This document shows positions 1-14,330 of a stretch of 64,000 nt of DNA, in pieces (position 1 is the stretch's first letter; every line of letters starts with the position of its first letter). The stretch covers positions 146,816,001 through 146,880,000 of the forward strand of contig OZ024741.1 in NCBI GenBank assembly GCA_964016885.1, in the 5' to 3' direction. The DNA comes from Eledone cirrhosa (lineage: Eukaryota). Below the pieces are notes generated by a model. That model was not told the origin of the DNA. It did no database searches and saw nothing but the letters and a program-made list of their open reading frames with translations. The position numbers and the translations under genes are program-made.

Positions 1-101
1 CGTATGAGCAAGATAAGGTCAGCACTGGACACTGCCCACAACAGGACAACCCGTCTAACACATGCTAGCGTGGAAGAACAGAGGTAAAACAGTGATGATG
101 A
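1..101 (+). mobile_element. 3' terminus of RTE-type LINE with short (GAT)n tail
   Basis: Matches the 3' UTR ends at 26280-26398 and 29957-30070 (CACTGCCCACAACAGGACAACCCGTCTAA...GTAAAAC-GATGATG). Confidence 0.8.
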
Positions 102-619
102 TTTTAAAAGGAGTAGTTTTGTATCATAAATCCAGAACAGCTTTAGGTGGTTTGGCATCAAAAATGTTAATATTTCAATTGAATCGATTTTTTAGTGTCA
201 TCTTTGATGACATTCACCAAAAGTGGCATGCAGTGGATTTGAACTTTAAACTCAGTGGCTCCTAACCAGAAGATCATGTGCCAAAAGCTTTTACAACCAG
301 CATGTACCCTTCTGCAATGTAAAGCAACAGTTTACTTGCAAAAATATAAAAATCACTTCTATAAAACTGGCTGCTTTTCTATATAAACGCCAATGAGTTA
401 TAAAGTCAATTACTCTCTAAAATTTGTTTTAACCCTTTAGCATTTAAACCACATTTTATGATGTTAGATTTGCCACCAATTTTGATTATGAGCATTCAGT
501 CATTCTATCAACTGAGCATCTGGTTCATGAATTGACATTTAAGTGGCTGAGTATTATACAGACGTGTACACGTAGCATAATTCTCAAAAGAACATAATTC
601 ACAAAAGCGCCATAATCCA

Positions 620-780
620 TTCAACAGGCTTCCACAGAGTTTGTGTACACAATTTCACTCACAAAGCTTTGGTCAACCTGAGACTATAGTAAAGACACAT
701 TACTCAAGATGCTCTGCAATGAGATCAAAACCCTACATCGTGACTGTGAAGCAAACTTCTTAACCACTCAGTTATGCTTA
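620..780 (-). mobile_element. Decayed tRNA-derived SINE
   Basis: Minus strand has an A-box-like TAACTGAGTGGTTAAG, then CTTGAGTAATGTGTCTTTACTATAG...GACCAAAGCTTTGTGAGTGAAATT; related copies near 17125-17275, 44988-45105 and 45735-45900. Confidence 0.55.
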
Positions 781-1819
781 TTTTATAATCCACACTTATG
801 TTGTAATGACAAAGTGGATGTGCAAGATTAAAATAAATATTTTCTCAGTAAAATCTCTCATTGAAGCAACAAGTTACCTCTTTACCCTAGTTTTATCAGC
901 AAACTGTCACTGTTTCTTAGTTTATCCACACACCTGCCATTCTCTCCACACTTAATCCATCTGTATATATTTACAAATACTGGTACATGACACTCCATCA
1001 AGCTACTTATGACATCTATGAGGGTATATATGTATATATGTATGTGTGTGTGTGTGTGTATATGCGTGTGTGCATGTGTGTGTATATATTGTTAGTGCTT
1101 ATCGCTGGTATGCATGCCTCTCTTTGTAAACAGAGAAGAATGGGTGAACAGAGATCAATAGATAGATCTCATATTCCTTGAGGGTGAAATGTGTCATATT
1201 CTATCCCAGTGATTATAGGTAATGGAAGATAAGGACATATAGCAATGTCTGTATTATGTTACAAAGATATCTATTACATTATACACAATATATAATATAA
1301 CTTTTTTCCTCCCCAAATGATGTGTTTTACATATATATATATTCTTCTAACAGTAGTAGGACATGGCTATACAAGTTCTAAATTTACCACAAACAAAGGT
1401 TTCCTGGTGTCTGTTTTGTCAGATATCTGTAAAAGCTGATGGCTGAATTCTTATTGTCATTACTACACTTGATGTAAGCACCAAGTATTCTCCTCACAAT
1501 GTTCTTTAATTCAGCAGAACTGGCTAGAATATCATGACATTTATCTATGAAAGAAATCTATATTTCCTAAACAGGATAGATGAACAGTACTCTCAACAGT
1601 ACTTCTAAATATTTAATATATTTTTCCACCCTGTTGTCCATTTCATTCTTCATCTGTCACACAGTCATAAAAATTCTACTCTGATCATTTTCTTGCTTTA
1701 TTGTAATTTTACATTCGAATCTACTTGATGAGAGAACAGTTGCTGAGTAATTCTGCATATCTATGAGGTCACTAACTCTAAAAGGTTTGATGTGTGCATG
1801 TCTGTATTAAAGGATATAA

Positions 1820-2032
1820 AGTGTTGGTAGCTGTGATGCAAATGGTCTGCCTAGCATATATACACATGTATGTATCACATATGTGATGTTGGTAGCTGTG
1901 ATGCAAATGGTTTGCCTCTGCATGTGTGTTTCTATATGTGATGTTGGGAGATGTGGTGTAAATGATTTACTGTGCGTGTATATACATGTTTTTATTATAG
2001 ATTATGTGATATTGGTAGCTATGGTGTAAATG
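1820..2032. repeat. Diverged ~55-70 bp tandem repeat, about 4 units
   Basis: Recurrent TGTTGGTAGCTGTGATGCAAATGG-like core at ~1823, 1887, 1942, 2011. Confidence 0.65.
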
Positions 2033-2250
2033 TAAAATGCTCTTTTAGTAAAATATTTCTTTGAAAATAAATATGATCACAGATATGGTTATGATGGTGT
2101 TCCATTTCAGTAACAACTGTTTGATACTGATGACAATATTTCTGTTGCATATCCAATATCCACTGATATGTGTATCTGGTTTAGAATGTGTTTATTTAGT
2201 ATAGATTAGATATACTGTTTGCCTGTGTGTGTGTGTGGTTTAATATGTGT

Positions 2251-3040
2251 GTATCTGGTTTAGGATGTGTGTATCTGGTTTAAGATATGTGCATCTGGTT
2301 TAGGATATGTGTATCTGGTTTAGGATGTGTGTATCTGGTTTAGGATATGTGTATCTGGTTTAGGATGTGTGTATCTGGTTTAGGATGTGTGTATCTGGTT
2401 TAAGATATGTGCATCTGGTTTAGGATGTGTGTATCTGGTTTAAGATATGTGCATCTGGTTTAGGATATGTGAATCTGGTTTAGGATGTGTGTATCTGGTT
2501 TAGGATATGTGTATCTGGTTTAGGATGTGTGTATCTGGTTTAGGATGTGTGTATCTGGTTTAGGATATGTGCATCTGGTTTAGGATGTGTGTATCTGGTT
2601 TAAGATATGTGCATCTGGTTTAGGATATGTGTATCTGGTTTAGGATATGTGTATCTGGTTTAGGATGTGTGTATCTGGTTTAAGATATGTGCATCTGGTT
2701 TAGGATGTGTGTATCTGGTTTAGGATGTGTGTATCTGGTTTAGGATATGTGTATCTGGTTTAGGATATGTGTATCTGGTTTAGGATGTGTGTATCTGGTT
2801 TAGGATGTGTGTATCTGGTATACAATAGATATACTGTATCCCTGTGTGTGTCTGGTTTAGGATGTGTGTATCTGGTTTAGTATGTGTGTATCTGGTTTAG
2901 TATGTGTGTATCAGATTTAGGTTTTGTGTATCTGCTTTAGGTTGTGTGTATCCAGTTTTGTATGTGTGTGTATCTGATTTAGGTGGTGTGTATATAGTTT
3001 ACGTGGTCTGTATATGGTTTAGGATATGTGTGTATCTGGT
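2251..3040. repeat. 20-bp minisatellite (GTATCTGGTTTAGGATGTGT and variants), ~28 clean units to 2820, then degenerate
   Basis: Period-20 repetition directly visible; variants TAGGATATGT and TAAGATATGT-GCATC; no spacers. Confidence 0.95.
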
Positions 3041-4459
3041 TGTAAGGATCTCATGATGAGTATGAAGCCTATTATGAGGTTTACAAGTTTAACCCCTGTT
3101 TCAGCAGGGAGAATCGACCTTAAAGCACTTGTGTTGTAGACAAACCTACAAGCTTATCTTTAGGGCCAAATATCCTAATATCCATGCTTTGGTTCAATGA
3201 TTTCATGGAAACTGATTGATTCAAGTTACAATACATTCCTACAACACTACGGTAGAGAGCAATAAAAAGTATTGTATTTTTATACAATGCTCTATAGTTC
3301 ACATTTCCATATTTCTATTCCTAACAAAAACATACTGCGTATATATTTGAATTGATTTTCCAAATAATCTAGAATTTGGTGAGACTTAGTGAAATACTAG
3401 AACATTCTTATTTATTGGTGTATTAAACTGATATTTGGAACACAACCTATTGAAATTTCTCATTTCCTCTATATAACAAACACTTAAAACCAGGTTTCGT
3501 CTTAGTCCTTTTGATACCAACCCACTTGACATTGCAGAACCCCATCTACAATACAATACTTTTTATTATAAAAATGTTTTATATTTATCTAAAAACATTC
3601 CATCATTCTTTTATGCATGGAGATTTGTTAAGTTATGCTCCAAACACCAACCAACCAAAAATTGGCTCTGGTTTTATGAAACAAAATTACTCATTGTAAA
3701 GAGTTCCTATTTAAATTAAAATCTTCCAACATATTTTGTATAAAAACAATTGGTAAGTTACAAATCCATACTAGTAATGAATTAATTAATAAATAAGTGA
3801 AAAAGAGCATATTTCATTATAAATACTGTACAAAAGGATTACTATCATTGAAACATCAATGAAACAGAGTCAGCAAAATCCCTAACATTTCAAGCAAATA
3901 TGTGCCATGAGGGTTCATAATCTCGAGCTCATCATAGACTTTTCCTAATAATAAACAACTGTGAAGGTGCATGACCTAATGTTTAGAACAGGACTGAATT
4001 AACTATTAAGCAAAATAAGCATACGCTTAGGGCATCAAATGAAGAGGGGGATCATTTTATTCAAAATGAATGAATTGGTAATTCCACCGACCAAATGTTT
4101 CTTTGCAGATTATATATCAAGGGGCTTCATAATCTTTTAAGTGCTTTGGATCACAAAAGGACATAATTCACTCCTATGTTAGTATGTTCAGTTCATGATG
4201 ATCTCTAAATGATTTCTAAAGAGTTTTATCTCTTCAGAATCTTGAAGCTCAAGATTAGTGAAAAGAAAGTAATATGATTATGTATTCTAAACAAGGAAGC
4301 CATTTGTAAAAAACAAAAAATGATGTCAAAAAAGATTTATTTCTAAGTAAACACATTGGAGACTAGAATAATGTTTATGTTTTAATATAAGAAACCATAA
4401 CTAGATATTTACTTATTATGGCCATGAATTTCAATATTTAACAAAGAATACACAATGCT

Positions 4460-4491
<32 letters not shown>

Positions 4492-5435
4492 CATATATAT
4501 ATATAGTCATATATATATATATATATATGTATATTTATATATATATATATATATGCTTATGAATATATATAATATGTGAAAAATACATTTACATAAAAAG
4601 TTGATTTTGTTATAAAAGAAGAAAGATACTAATATGCCGACATTCTCTTATATATATATATATAATAAAACAAACTACCAAAAGAAAAAAACATGAAGGT
4701 ATTTTGATACATAAAACATTTCAAAATGAAAAATAATAAACTAAATATTTTGTATTATAACAACAACAAAAAATGATATTTTGAAATATAAAATATGAAT
4801 CAGAAGAAGACGGAAACATTTTATGTTTGTGTTGTTGTTGTTCTCGGTAATCTATATTTGTATTGTTGGTTTTCTATGTAACTTAAAGATATATATAAAT
4901 ATTTATGCATTGAATTAATAAATTTCTCTCTACCAATATTTTGTTATAAAAACATAATAATTGCTTTTTTACATTTAAACAACTCATTTATATAAGTGTA
5001 TTATTACAGAGAAAAATGTAAGTAGTATGTGTGTGTGAGTGTGGGTGTATGTGTGTATGCAAAAGATATCTCTCCCCATATCTCTCGTTCTGAATGCATA
5101 TATTACAGCCAACACTCTCATTTGCATATGACTTGATAGTATCTATGCTTTCACTAAGGGTTTTAGGTGCTTATTATAGTTAATTTGATAACATTGTGGC
5201 ATTCTGGGGTGAACATAGCTGGGGGTAATAATCCAGGTACTGAGGACAAATGTCCTTTAGAAAACTGGTTTGGTTTTCTGGACCCCTGTCCTGAATTGCC
5301 TCAGAATCCACCTGGCCAGTCATCTACACATCATCACAAACTTGGTGATAAGCACATGAAAAGGTGCATTGTTGCTCATATCAATCCCCAGGCTATATAT
5401 ATATATAGATATATATATCTATAGATATATATATA

Positions 5436-5780
5436 GAGGCACATGGCTTAGTGGTTAGAGCATTGGCCTTGCAATCGAAAGGTTGTGAGTTCAATTCTCA
5501 GACCGGGTGATGTGTTGTTTCCTTGAGCAAGACACTTTCTTTCACATTGCTCCAGTTTACTCAGCTGTAGAAATGAGATGATAAGGACTGGGGTCCCTAT
5601 CATTCCACTGTAAAGTGGTCGTGGAGGTGCCACGGCAAAAAAGCACCCAGCACTCACTGTAAATGAGGTTGGTGTTAGAAAGGGCATCCAGCTGTAGAAA
5701 TCAAGCCAGAATCAGTTCCCATCCCACCCTTGCAAGTAGGGAAAAAGCGGACGTGAAATGAAATGATGAAATGATGATGA
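5436..5780 (+). mobile_element. tRNA-derived CORE-type SINE with RTE-derived 3' tail
   Basis: A box TGGCTTAGTGG, B box GAGTTCAATTC, CORE-like CCTTGAGCAAGACACTT...CAGTTTACTCAGCTGTAGAAATG; tail shared with RTE 3' UTRs in this window; (GAT)n end; (TA)n upstream. Confidence 0.85.
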
Positions 5781-5923
5781 TATATCTTGTCTGATGATCC
5801 TGCGAGTGAACAGCTGAACCTCCTGAGTAACAAGGCTCACTACTTTAACGATATTAAATGAATCATTAAACTAAAATTTAGTATTGAGTACTTTTTTTAT
5901 CCTGTGCATTAATAAAACATGAT

Positions 5924-5971
<48 letters not shown>

Positions 5972-6067
5972 AGTAAGTATGTTTTGAAACAGTGAGCAGG
6001 TTTGCGTATTTTTCACCCCATTATCAGACTAAAATTTCTTTAGTCAAAAATATGGTGAAAGCTATTC

Positions 6068-6111
<44 letters not shown>

Positions 6112-7164
6112 GCAGATTTGTGGTTAACTGAGGAAGGTACCAACATTAGCACTCTATGCTATAGCTGAGTGTATACATTAAAAAGAACAAAACAAGGTTT
6201 CACATTGAGGTTTTTATTGATTACACTCAGTTACAAACGTTTGACAGATGGGTGGCTCAAGATCTATATTTGTGTTATAGACCCAATCAGCTCATCATAC
6301 TTGTTATTCAAGCCAAACCAAAATCTCATCTTGAGTCAGGTCAATAACACAAATGTTGATCCTGAGCCATTCATCTATGAAAGGCTCATAACATCAATGT
6401 GAAACCTCGTTTTATTCTTTATATATATATACATATATATACAGTGGCAGACTGGGTCTAAAGATATTGGTTACCAGTAGATAAAGGGGGCCCACCCACA
6501 TATAGAATTCTATCATTTAATTTTTATAATGAATAAATAACATTTTCAAAAAATGCAAAAGTGAAAACAAAACAGTGCAATCAAAATTTTGTAGAAAAAA
6601 TTGTATTTTTTACTAATTATAATGTATATATACTGTACATATTACTGGCAGTATACATTAATACTAAATGATAATACAGAATGTTATAATTGAATTTTTA
6701 GATAATTGGGAATGTATAGTATACTATTATTTAGAGTAGAGTATTACCTTCTCCAATAAAAAAAAATATAAGGTACCTTGCGAAACATACACATCCAGAG
6801 ACTTTCAATAATGACCTTTGGTTTTTCACACTCACTCAATATATTTATCAGGGAATGTGTGTATGTGAATATAGATTTATATATATGTATACATACATGT
6901 TTTAAACTTGTACAAACATTAGCTTCGTACGGATGTATAATAACACACACACACAGACGCACACATGTTTACACACATGCACAAGTATAGCTCTTTTCAC
7001 AAACGGTTCTTTTCTATTTTAAGTAGACGCGCTCCATCATCCACTTTTCTAAAAAAAATAAATCATACACAAAATGCCAGCACCAACAGTTTTCCAAGAT
7101 ATGTCAACATGAAAGAACCTGTTATTTTTATCTAAAGATATTTTTTCCAACCCACCCATCCCTT

Positions 7165-7312
7165 CAATCTATCTTATTTCTCATTCTTTCTTCTGATGAA
7201 GGACAAGTATCTGAAACGTAAAGACCCGCTTCCTGCTATTTCAAGTGTTAACCTAATATATTCCTTTCATATACTGTACCGATTGTGCTGTTATTTCAGT
7301 TTACCTTTTACA
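7165..7312 (+). mobile_element. Penelope-like pLTR remnant with hammerhead-like core
   Basis: CTGATGA-AGGACAAGTATCT-GAAAC; homologous to 8230-8365. Confidence 0.5.
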
Positions 7313-7335
7313 TACATACATATATATATATATAT

Positions 7336-7563
7336 ATAGGAATGAGTAGGACCCCGACGGCTGAGCTCAAGCCGTTTCGACGGCTAATTCTGGACTAAAA
7401 TTAGTCTAAAATTAGACTAAAATTTAGTCCAGAATTAGCCGTCAAAACGGCTTGAGCTCAGCCGTCGGGGTCCTACTCGTTCCTATTACCCACTCTACTA
7501 CCCTAAGTATTGAGTACTTTGGTGCGTTATGGTCCACCTGGTTCCTTACCACATTTCTTCCGT
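7336..7563. mobile_element. Foldback hairpin + tail mini-element (family H1, copy 1)
   Basis: Palindrome 7336-7486 followed by a ~77-bp tail; flanked by (TA)n; homologous to 11011-11219. Confidence 0.8.
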
Positions 7564-8229
7564 TATATATATATATATATGAATTAATACAATAAGCTAG
7601 ACAACCAGTGGTTCCAACTGTTAGCACTATCATATATTCTGGTTTCTATTAATTCCCTAGGGAATTGTTTGACCAAATGCTTTGCTTATTTGTTTAGTTT
7701 TTTCTTTTTAATACATTCTTTCTCTTAGACTTATTCTTAAAGATATTTTTTGAAAGCAAACCATTGGCCCCTAAAATACTACAGTGGAGCTCTGCAATGC
7801 TACCATGAGCCCCCTGGAGCCACCTTGCCATTGGGCAACCTGGCCAGTCAGCCACTGTATATATATATATATATAGCAAAGGTAAAACTAAATATGAAAA
7901 GCTCAAAAATATGTAGAGAATTATATATGATAGTATATAATTGCCCTGTCTTTTCAGAATTAACTCAATGTGCTTATATATTATATTGGTTTGATGAGAA
8001 AGTAGGTTTTTAGGGAAAAAGAGTTGAAAATGTAGACATAAACACAGAAAATATAATTAAATATATAGATGGAAAAATTAGCTTTTAAATAATTTTTAAT
8101 TCCTTATACATGTTTCAAGGGAATTGTACATCCAATAATGTTAGGTAAAATATATAAGATGGCAGACTGAATGAGCATGAGTGTTTTATCCTCCCAGTTT
8201 ATTTTCTCATTTTCCCCATTCCTTCCTCT

Positions 8230-8365
8230 CACCACTCTTTACTTTCTATCTATCTTCTGATGAAGGGCTAGTGTCTGAAACTTTAAGACTCTCTTCCTGC
8301 TATTTCAAGCATTAAACTAATATATTTCTTCCATGTATTGTGCCGTTTGTTTTGTTTACCTTTTA
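8230..8365 (+). mobile_element. Penelope-like pLTR remnant with hammerhead-like core (second copy)
   Basis: CTGATGA-AGGGCTAGTGTCT-GAAAC followed by the same CTTCCTGCTATTTCAAG segment as 7165-7312. Confidence 0.5.
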
Positions 8366-8387
8366 CACACACACACACATTATATAT

Positions 8388-8564
8388 TTGGCAGTATCGG
8401 TAGAGGGTTGGACGCCATGCTTTCCAGCATAGTTACGTCCCTTTGCGGTCTAAGTTCAAATCCCGCCGAGGTTAACTTTGCCTTTCATCCTTACGGGCTC
8501 GATAAAATAAAGTACCAGTAATGTACTGAGTAATTGATGGCCTTGTGCCAAAAGTAGAAACAAT

Positions 8565-8568
<4 letters not shown>
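8388..8568 (+). mobile_element. tRNA-derived SINE, family S2
   Basis: TGGCAGTATCGGTAGAG head, AGTTCAAATCC B box, central ACTTTGCCTTTCATCCTTACGGG..GATAAAATAAAGTACCAG, tail GGCCTTGTGCC..GTAGAAACAATTAT; copies at 19753, 26615, 48343. Confidence 0.85.
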
Positions 8569-8595
<27 letters not shown>

Positions 8596-9159
8596 TTATT
8601 TACGTAAAGTTCGGAGCGTATGTGCATAAACACTTACTCACCGTACTGTATTATTGCAGTATTGTGTTAGCTCAATGTATGTAGACAGAGTGTAGACTGT
8701 ATTTGTATTTTTATCTTTATTTTTGTATCTTTTACATTTCATCTCTGATTATATATTTGAATTTGACAATTTTTAGAAAACATGCTAAGATATTTAGCGT
8801 ATTTAACAACTTGTACACGAGTGCTGATTTCCGTTTGTTTTGTTTAGACTCATTGGCTGAGCTGATCATAGTTGCTGCGACCTGAAGTTCTATTCACATG
8901 TTGGTGACAGAATTGTGTGTGGAGAATTGGCTTGAAATGATTCTTGAACAATGTTTTAATGTTGACCTGTGATTTTCTGCATGGAGTGGTTGTTTATTGT
9001 AGTAATCCAGCATGCATTTTCTTGAGTTATGATGTAATTGTTACACTTAATATACTACTACGTATATTTAACCAGAGAGCATATAACTGTATATGTGTAT
9101 ATGTATGTGTATATATATATATATGTATGTGTATGTATGTATATGTATATATTATATAT

Positions 9160-9251
9160 AAGGTTGGTGTTAGGAAGGGCATCCAGCTGTAGAAATCAAG
9201 CCAGAATCAGTTCCCGTCCCACCCTTGCAAGCAGGGAAAAGCGGACGTAAA

Positions 9252-9286
<35 letters not shown>
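9160..9286 (+). mobile_element. 5'-truncated CORE-SINE/RTE tail with (GAT)n
   Basis: Near-identical to 5666-5780; begins directly after a (TA)n tract. Confidence 0.8.
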
Positions 9287-9289
<3 letters not shown>

Positions 9290-10463
9290 TATGTAAATAA
9301 TTAGTCCTGCTTGTATTGCTAATTATGCATGAATAATAACTTTGCCAATTACTTTATAACAACTTTTATAACAACTAATATATCGAGACTACTTAAATTC
9401 TATCGCACATAAACCTAAACCTGTTTATGCATGGCTTCTTTTTATGCCTTAAATCTATTTACTTGTTTCACTCAGCAATACCATATATTAACCACATTTA
9501 CTTGAGTGAGGCCTGTGCATTTGTGATACCTTTCTATATACTTGTGAACACCAATTGGCTACCTAGTTCGGGTACCTACTGACATACCTTGTGTATGTAT
9601 AGTATGATGGTCATTCGAATTACTGTGGTCCTTTGTGATGTACCAAAATGATCTCTTCACGCCTGTATATGGACTACTGACATTATACTCGCTTGTGTTG
9701 CTAAGAACTGAGCTTGTAATAACTTGCTTCTCTAAGGACTCATAACATAGAACTTTTTCTCAATTTATTAAATATTTTTAATCCTTTTAATTTAATTTTA
9801 TCTTATATTATTTTATTATTTTATTATCATTTATTATTATTTTATTATGCTTTTTATATATTACTTTATTGTATTTTAATTTATTTTTAGTATATTTTTT
9901 ATTTAATTACTTTTATTTATTGGATTTACTTTATTGGATTTTATTTTTATTTTTCTTCATTTCATTTTATTATATTATCTCTATTATTATTTTTTATCTT
10001 TTTTATATTTTTTATTACTTTAATATAATCTATATTATGTTTTAACATTTGCCTGTATTTCTTTATGTATTTTTTAATGTATTTTTTATATATTTTTATG
10101 TATTTTATTTTTTTATGTATTTCTTATGTATTTTTTTTGCTTTTTTTATGTATTTATTATGTTCTTTTTAATGCTTTCACACTTTTTAACTTTACATTCT
10201 ACATTTTTGAGTGCCATCTACTGTGTCTTCATCTTGTTGAATCCAATTGTATCTTGGTATTTTGCAGTGATGCTTAGTAACCCCAGCATGAACCTCTTTG
10301 TTAGCTATCTCCAATCCCCCTATTACTTTTTCTGATTGTTCATGTGACTAAGTTATTGTGGAGCTTATACTCAACACGGTATTTGTTGAGCTCTGATGAT
10401 TCCTGCCTATAATTAGTGAATAAAGACTGTTTGAGTATGTAAGCGTTCTTTGGTTTCTTTTGC

Positions 10464-10494
<31 letters not shown>

Positions 10495-10503
10495 GGGAAA
10501 GTG

Positions 10504-10557
<54 letters not shown>

Positions 10558-10561
<4 letters not shown>

Positions 10562-10960
10562 TCATCATCATCATCATCATTTTACGTCCACTTTTCCCTG
10601 CTTGCAAGGGTGGGACGGTAACTGATTCTGGCTTGATTTCTACAGCTGGATGCCCTTCCTAACACCAACCTCATTTACAGTGAGTGCTGGGTGCTTTTTT
10701 GCAGTGGCACCTCCACGACCACTTTACAGTGGAATGATAGGCACACCAGTCCCTATCATCTCATTTCTACAGCTGAGTAAACTGGAGCAATGTGAAATAA
10801 AGTGTCTTGCTCAAGGAAACAACACATCACCCGGTCTGAGAATTGAACTCACAACCTTTCGATTGCAAGGCCAATGCTCTAACCACTAAGATTGCAAGGC
10901 CAATGCTCTAACCACTAAGATTGCAAGGCCAATGCTCTAACCACTAAGCCATGTGCCTCC
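10558..10960 (-). mobile_element. CORE-type SINE, near-identical to 5436-5780, with a triplicated 29-bp head segment
   Basis: Reverse complement of the 5436 element; GATTGCAAGGCCAATGCTCTAACCACTAA x3 at 10861-10947; (TA)n on both sides. Confidence 0.9.
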
Positions 10961-10992
<32 letters not shown>

Positions 10993-11010
10993 ATATATAT
11001 ATATTTATAT

Positions 11011-11219
11011 ATAGGGAAAGTATCAGGACCCCGACGGCTGAGCTCTGGCCGTTTTGACAGCTAGATCCGAACTCAGAGTTCGGATCTAGCTGTTGAAATG
11101 GCCGGAGCTCAGTCGTCAGGGTCCTGACTCTTTTCCTATTACCCACTCTACTACCCTAAGTATTGAGTACACTGGTGCGTTACGGCCCACCTGGTATCTT
11201 ACCACACCCTCTTTGTTTT
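11011..11219. mobile_element. Foldback hairpin + tail mini-element (family H1, copy 2)
   Basis: Palindrome 11011-11139 centred on CCGAACTC-A-GAGTTCGG; same tail TACCCACTCTACTACCCTAAGTATTGAGTAC; (TA)n flanks. Confidence 0.8.
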
Positions 11220-11239
11220 ATATATATATATAAGCTTCC

Positions 11240-13482
<2,243 letters not shown>

Positions 13483-13599
13483 ATATTAGGTATATAAATA
13501 TTTGGGGCATTGGGAGTTTTGAAAACTTTGTAAATGGAGGAATCCCAAATACACAAAAGGGAAGTACTGATTTGTTGTATACAAAAAGGTAGGTCTCTA

Positions 13600-14330
13600 C
13601 AAGCAGCTTTTCTGTAGTAGTTGCAGTGGTTGTCAACTCCTGTTATCCTTTGTTGGAAAGCGAGCAGCGGCAGGGATCCAGTGTCATTTGGGTGTTCTTT
13701 GCGGAACTGTGTTCTCATCCATGTCTGAGATTTTTCTGAGTATTTTATTGGCTCTTTCATAGGAAGATGTGAAAATAATTAGTTGTCTACATATCTGGTG
13801 AATAAGGCACATGGATGGCAGGTGTTGAATGCTCAATGTTTCAGCTGGTCCATACAAGTGATGGCCAGTAGGCTTGAGAGACTGGATCCCATGGGTAAAC
13901 CTGTAGTTTGTTTGCAGAGGTGTTGGTGGAAAGTAAAGAAAATATTTTTAATGATGATGGATAGGCATTGATCAATATCAGTGATGGGGAAACCAAAGCA
14001 GTAAAGGTCAGAAGTAATGATGCAATGAATCTCTGGTGTTTAAAAAGAGATGGTGCTGGAATTAAAGGTGTATCTGTTATGGTTAAATTTATCAAGTTAA
14101 ATTGATGGAATATTTGGATTACCTGATCTGGGAAAGGCAGAGAATGTAGGTTTGAGCTTCTGGGAGAAGAGCCAGGAGCTGGTTTTGTGAGTTTTAATGA
14201 GGTCGTAGAAAGTTGGTAGCCTGCTATTTCCAGTGGGGAAAGTAGTTTTGTGATTGTTGGAGAGTTATCGACACTTGCAGATATCAGTCCAGGTGGTCCT
14301 CAATCTGGGTTAGTAGGATGTCTGTTACTT
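13600..14330 (-). pseudogene. Decayed Penelope-like element RT fragment
   Basis: Minus strand gives GLPMGSSLSSLLAITCMDQL (~13901-13842) and FTRYVDN (~13800-13782), like PLE GxxMGSPLS and RYVDD motifs. Confidence 0.65.

Larger units (their letters stand above)
6442..7857. mobile_element. Non-autonomous hAT-like DNA transposon with nested insertions
   Basis: 14-bp TIRs CAGTGGCAGACTGG / CCAGTCAGCCACTG (1 mismatch); TATATATA on both sides (compatible with an 8-bp TSD but inside microsatellite); no transposase. Confidence 0.6.

Noticed and set aside
2251-3040. CRISPR array or telomeric repeat
   Set aside because: Contiguous 20-bp units with no unique spacers; TTAGG occurs once per unit and is not a tandem TTAGG/TTAGGG run.
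5436-5510. Functional tRNA gene (also 10860-10960)
   Set aside because: A and B boxes are present, but the sequence continues into a CORE domain and LINE tail and I could not form a proper acceptor stem; it is a SINE head.
9770-10335. Hydrophobic membrane-protein-like ORFs or an organellar insert
   Set aside because: T-rich low-complexity DNA; no mitochondrial gene motifs recognised.
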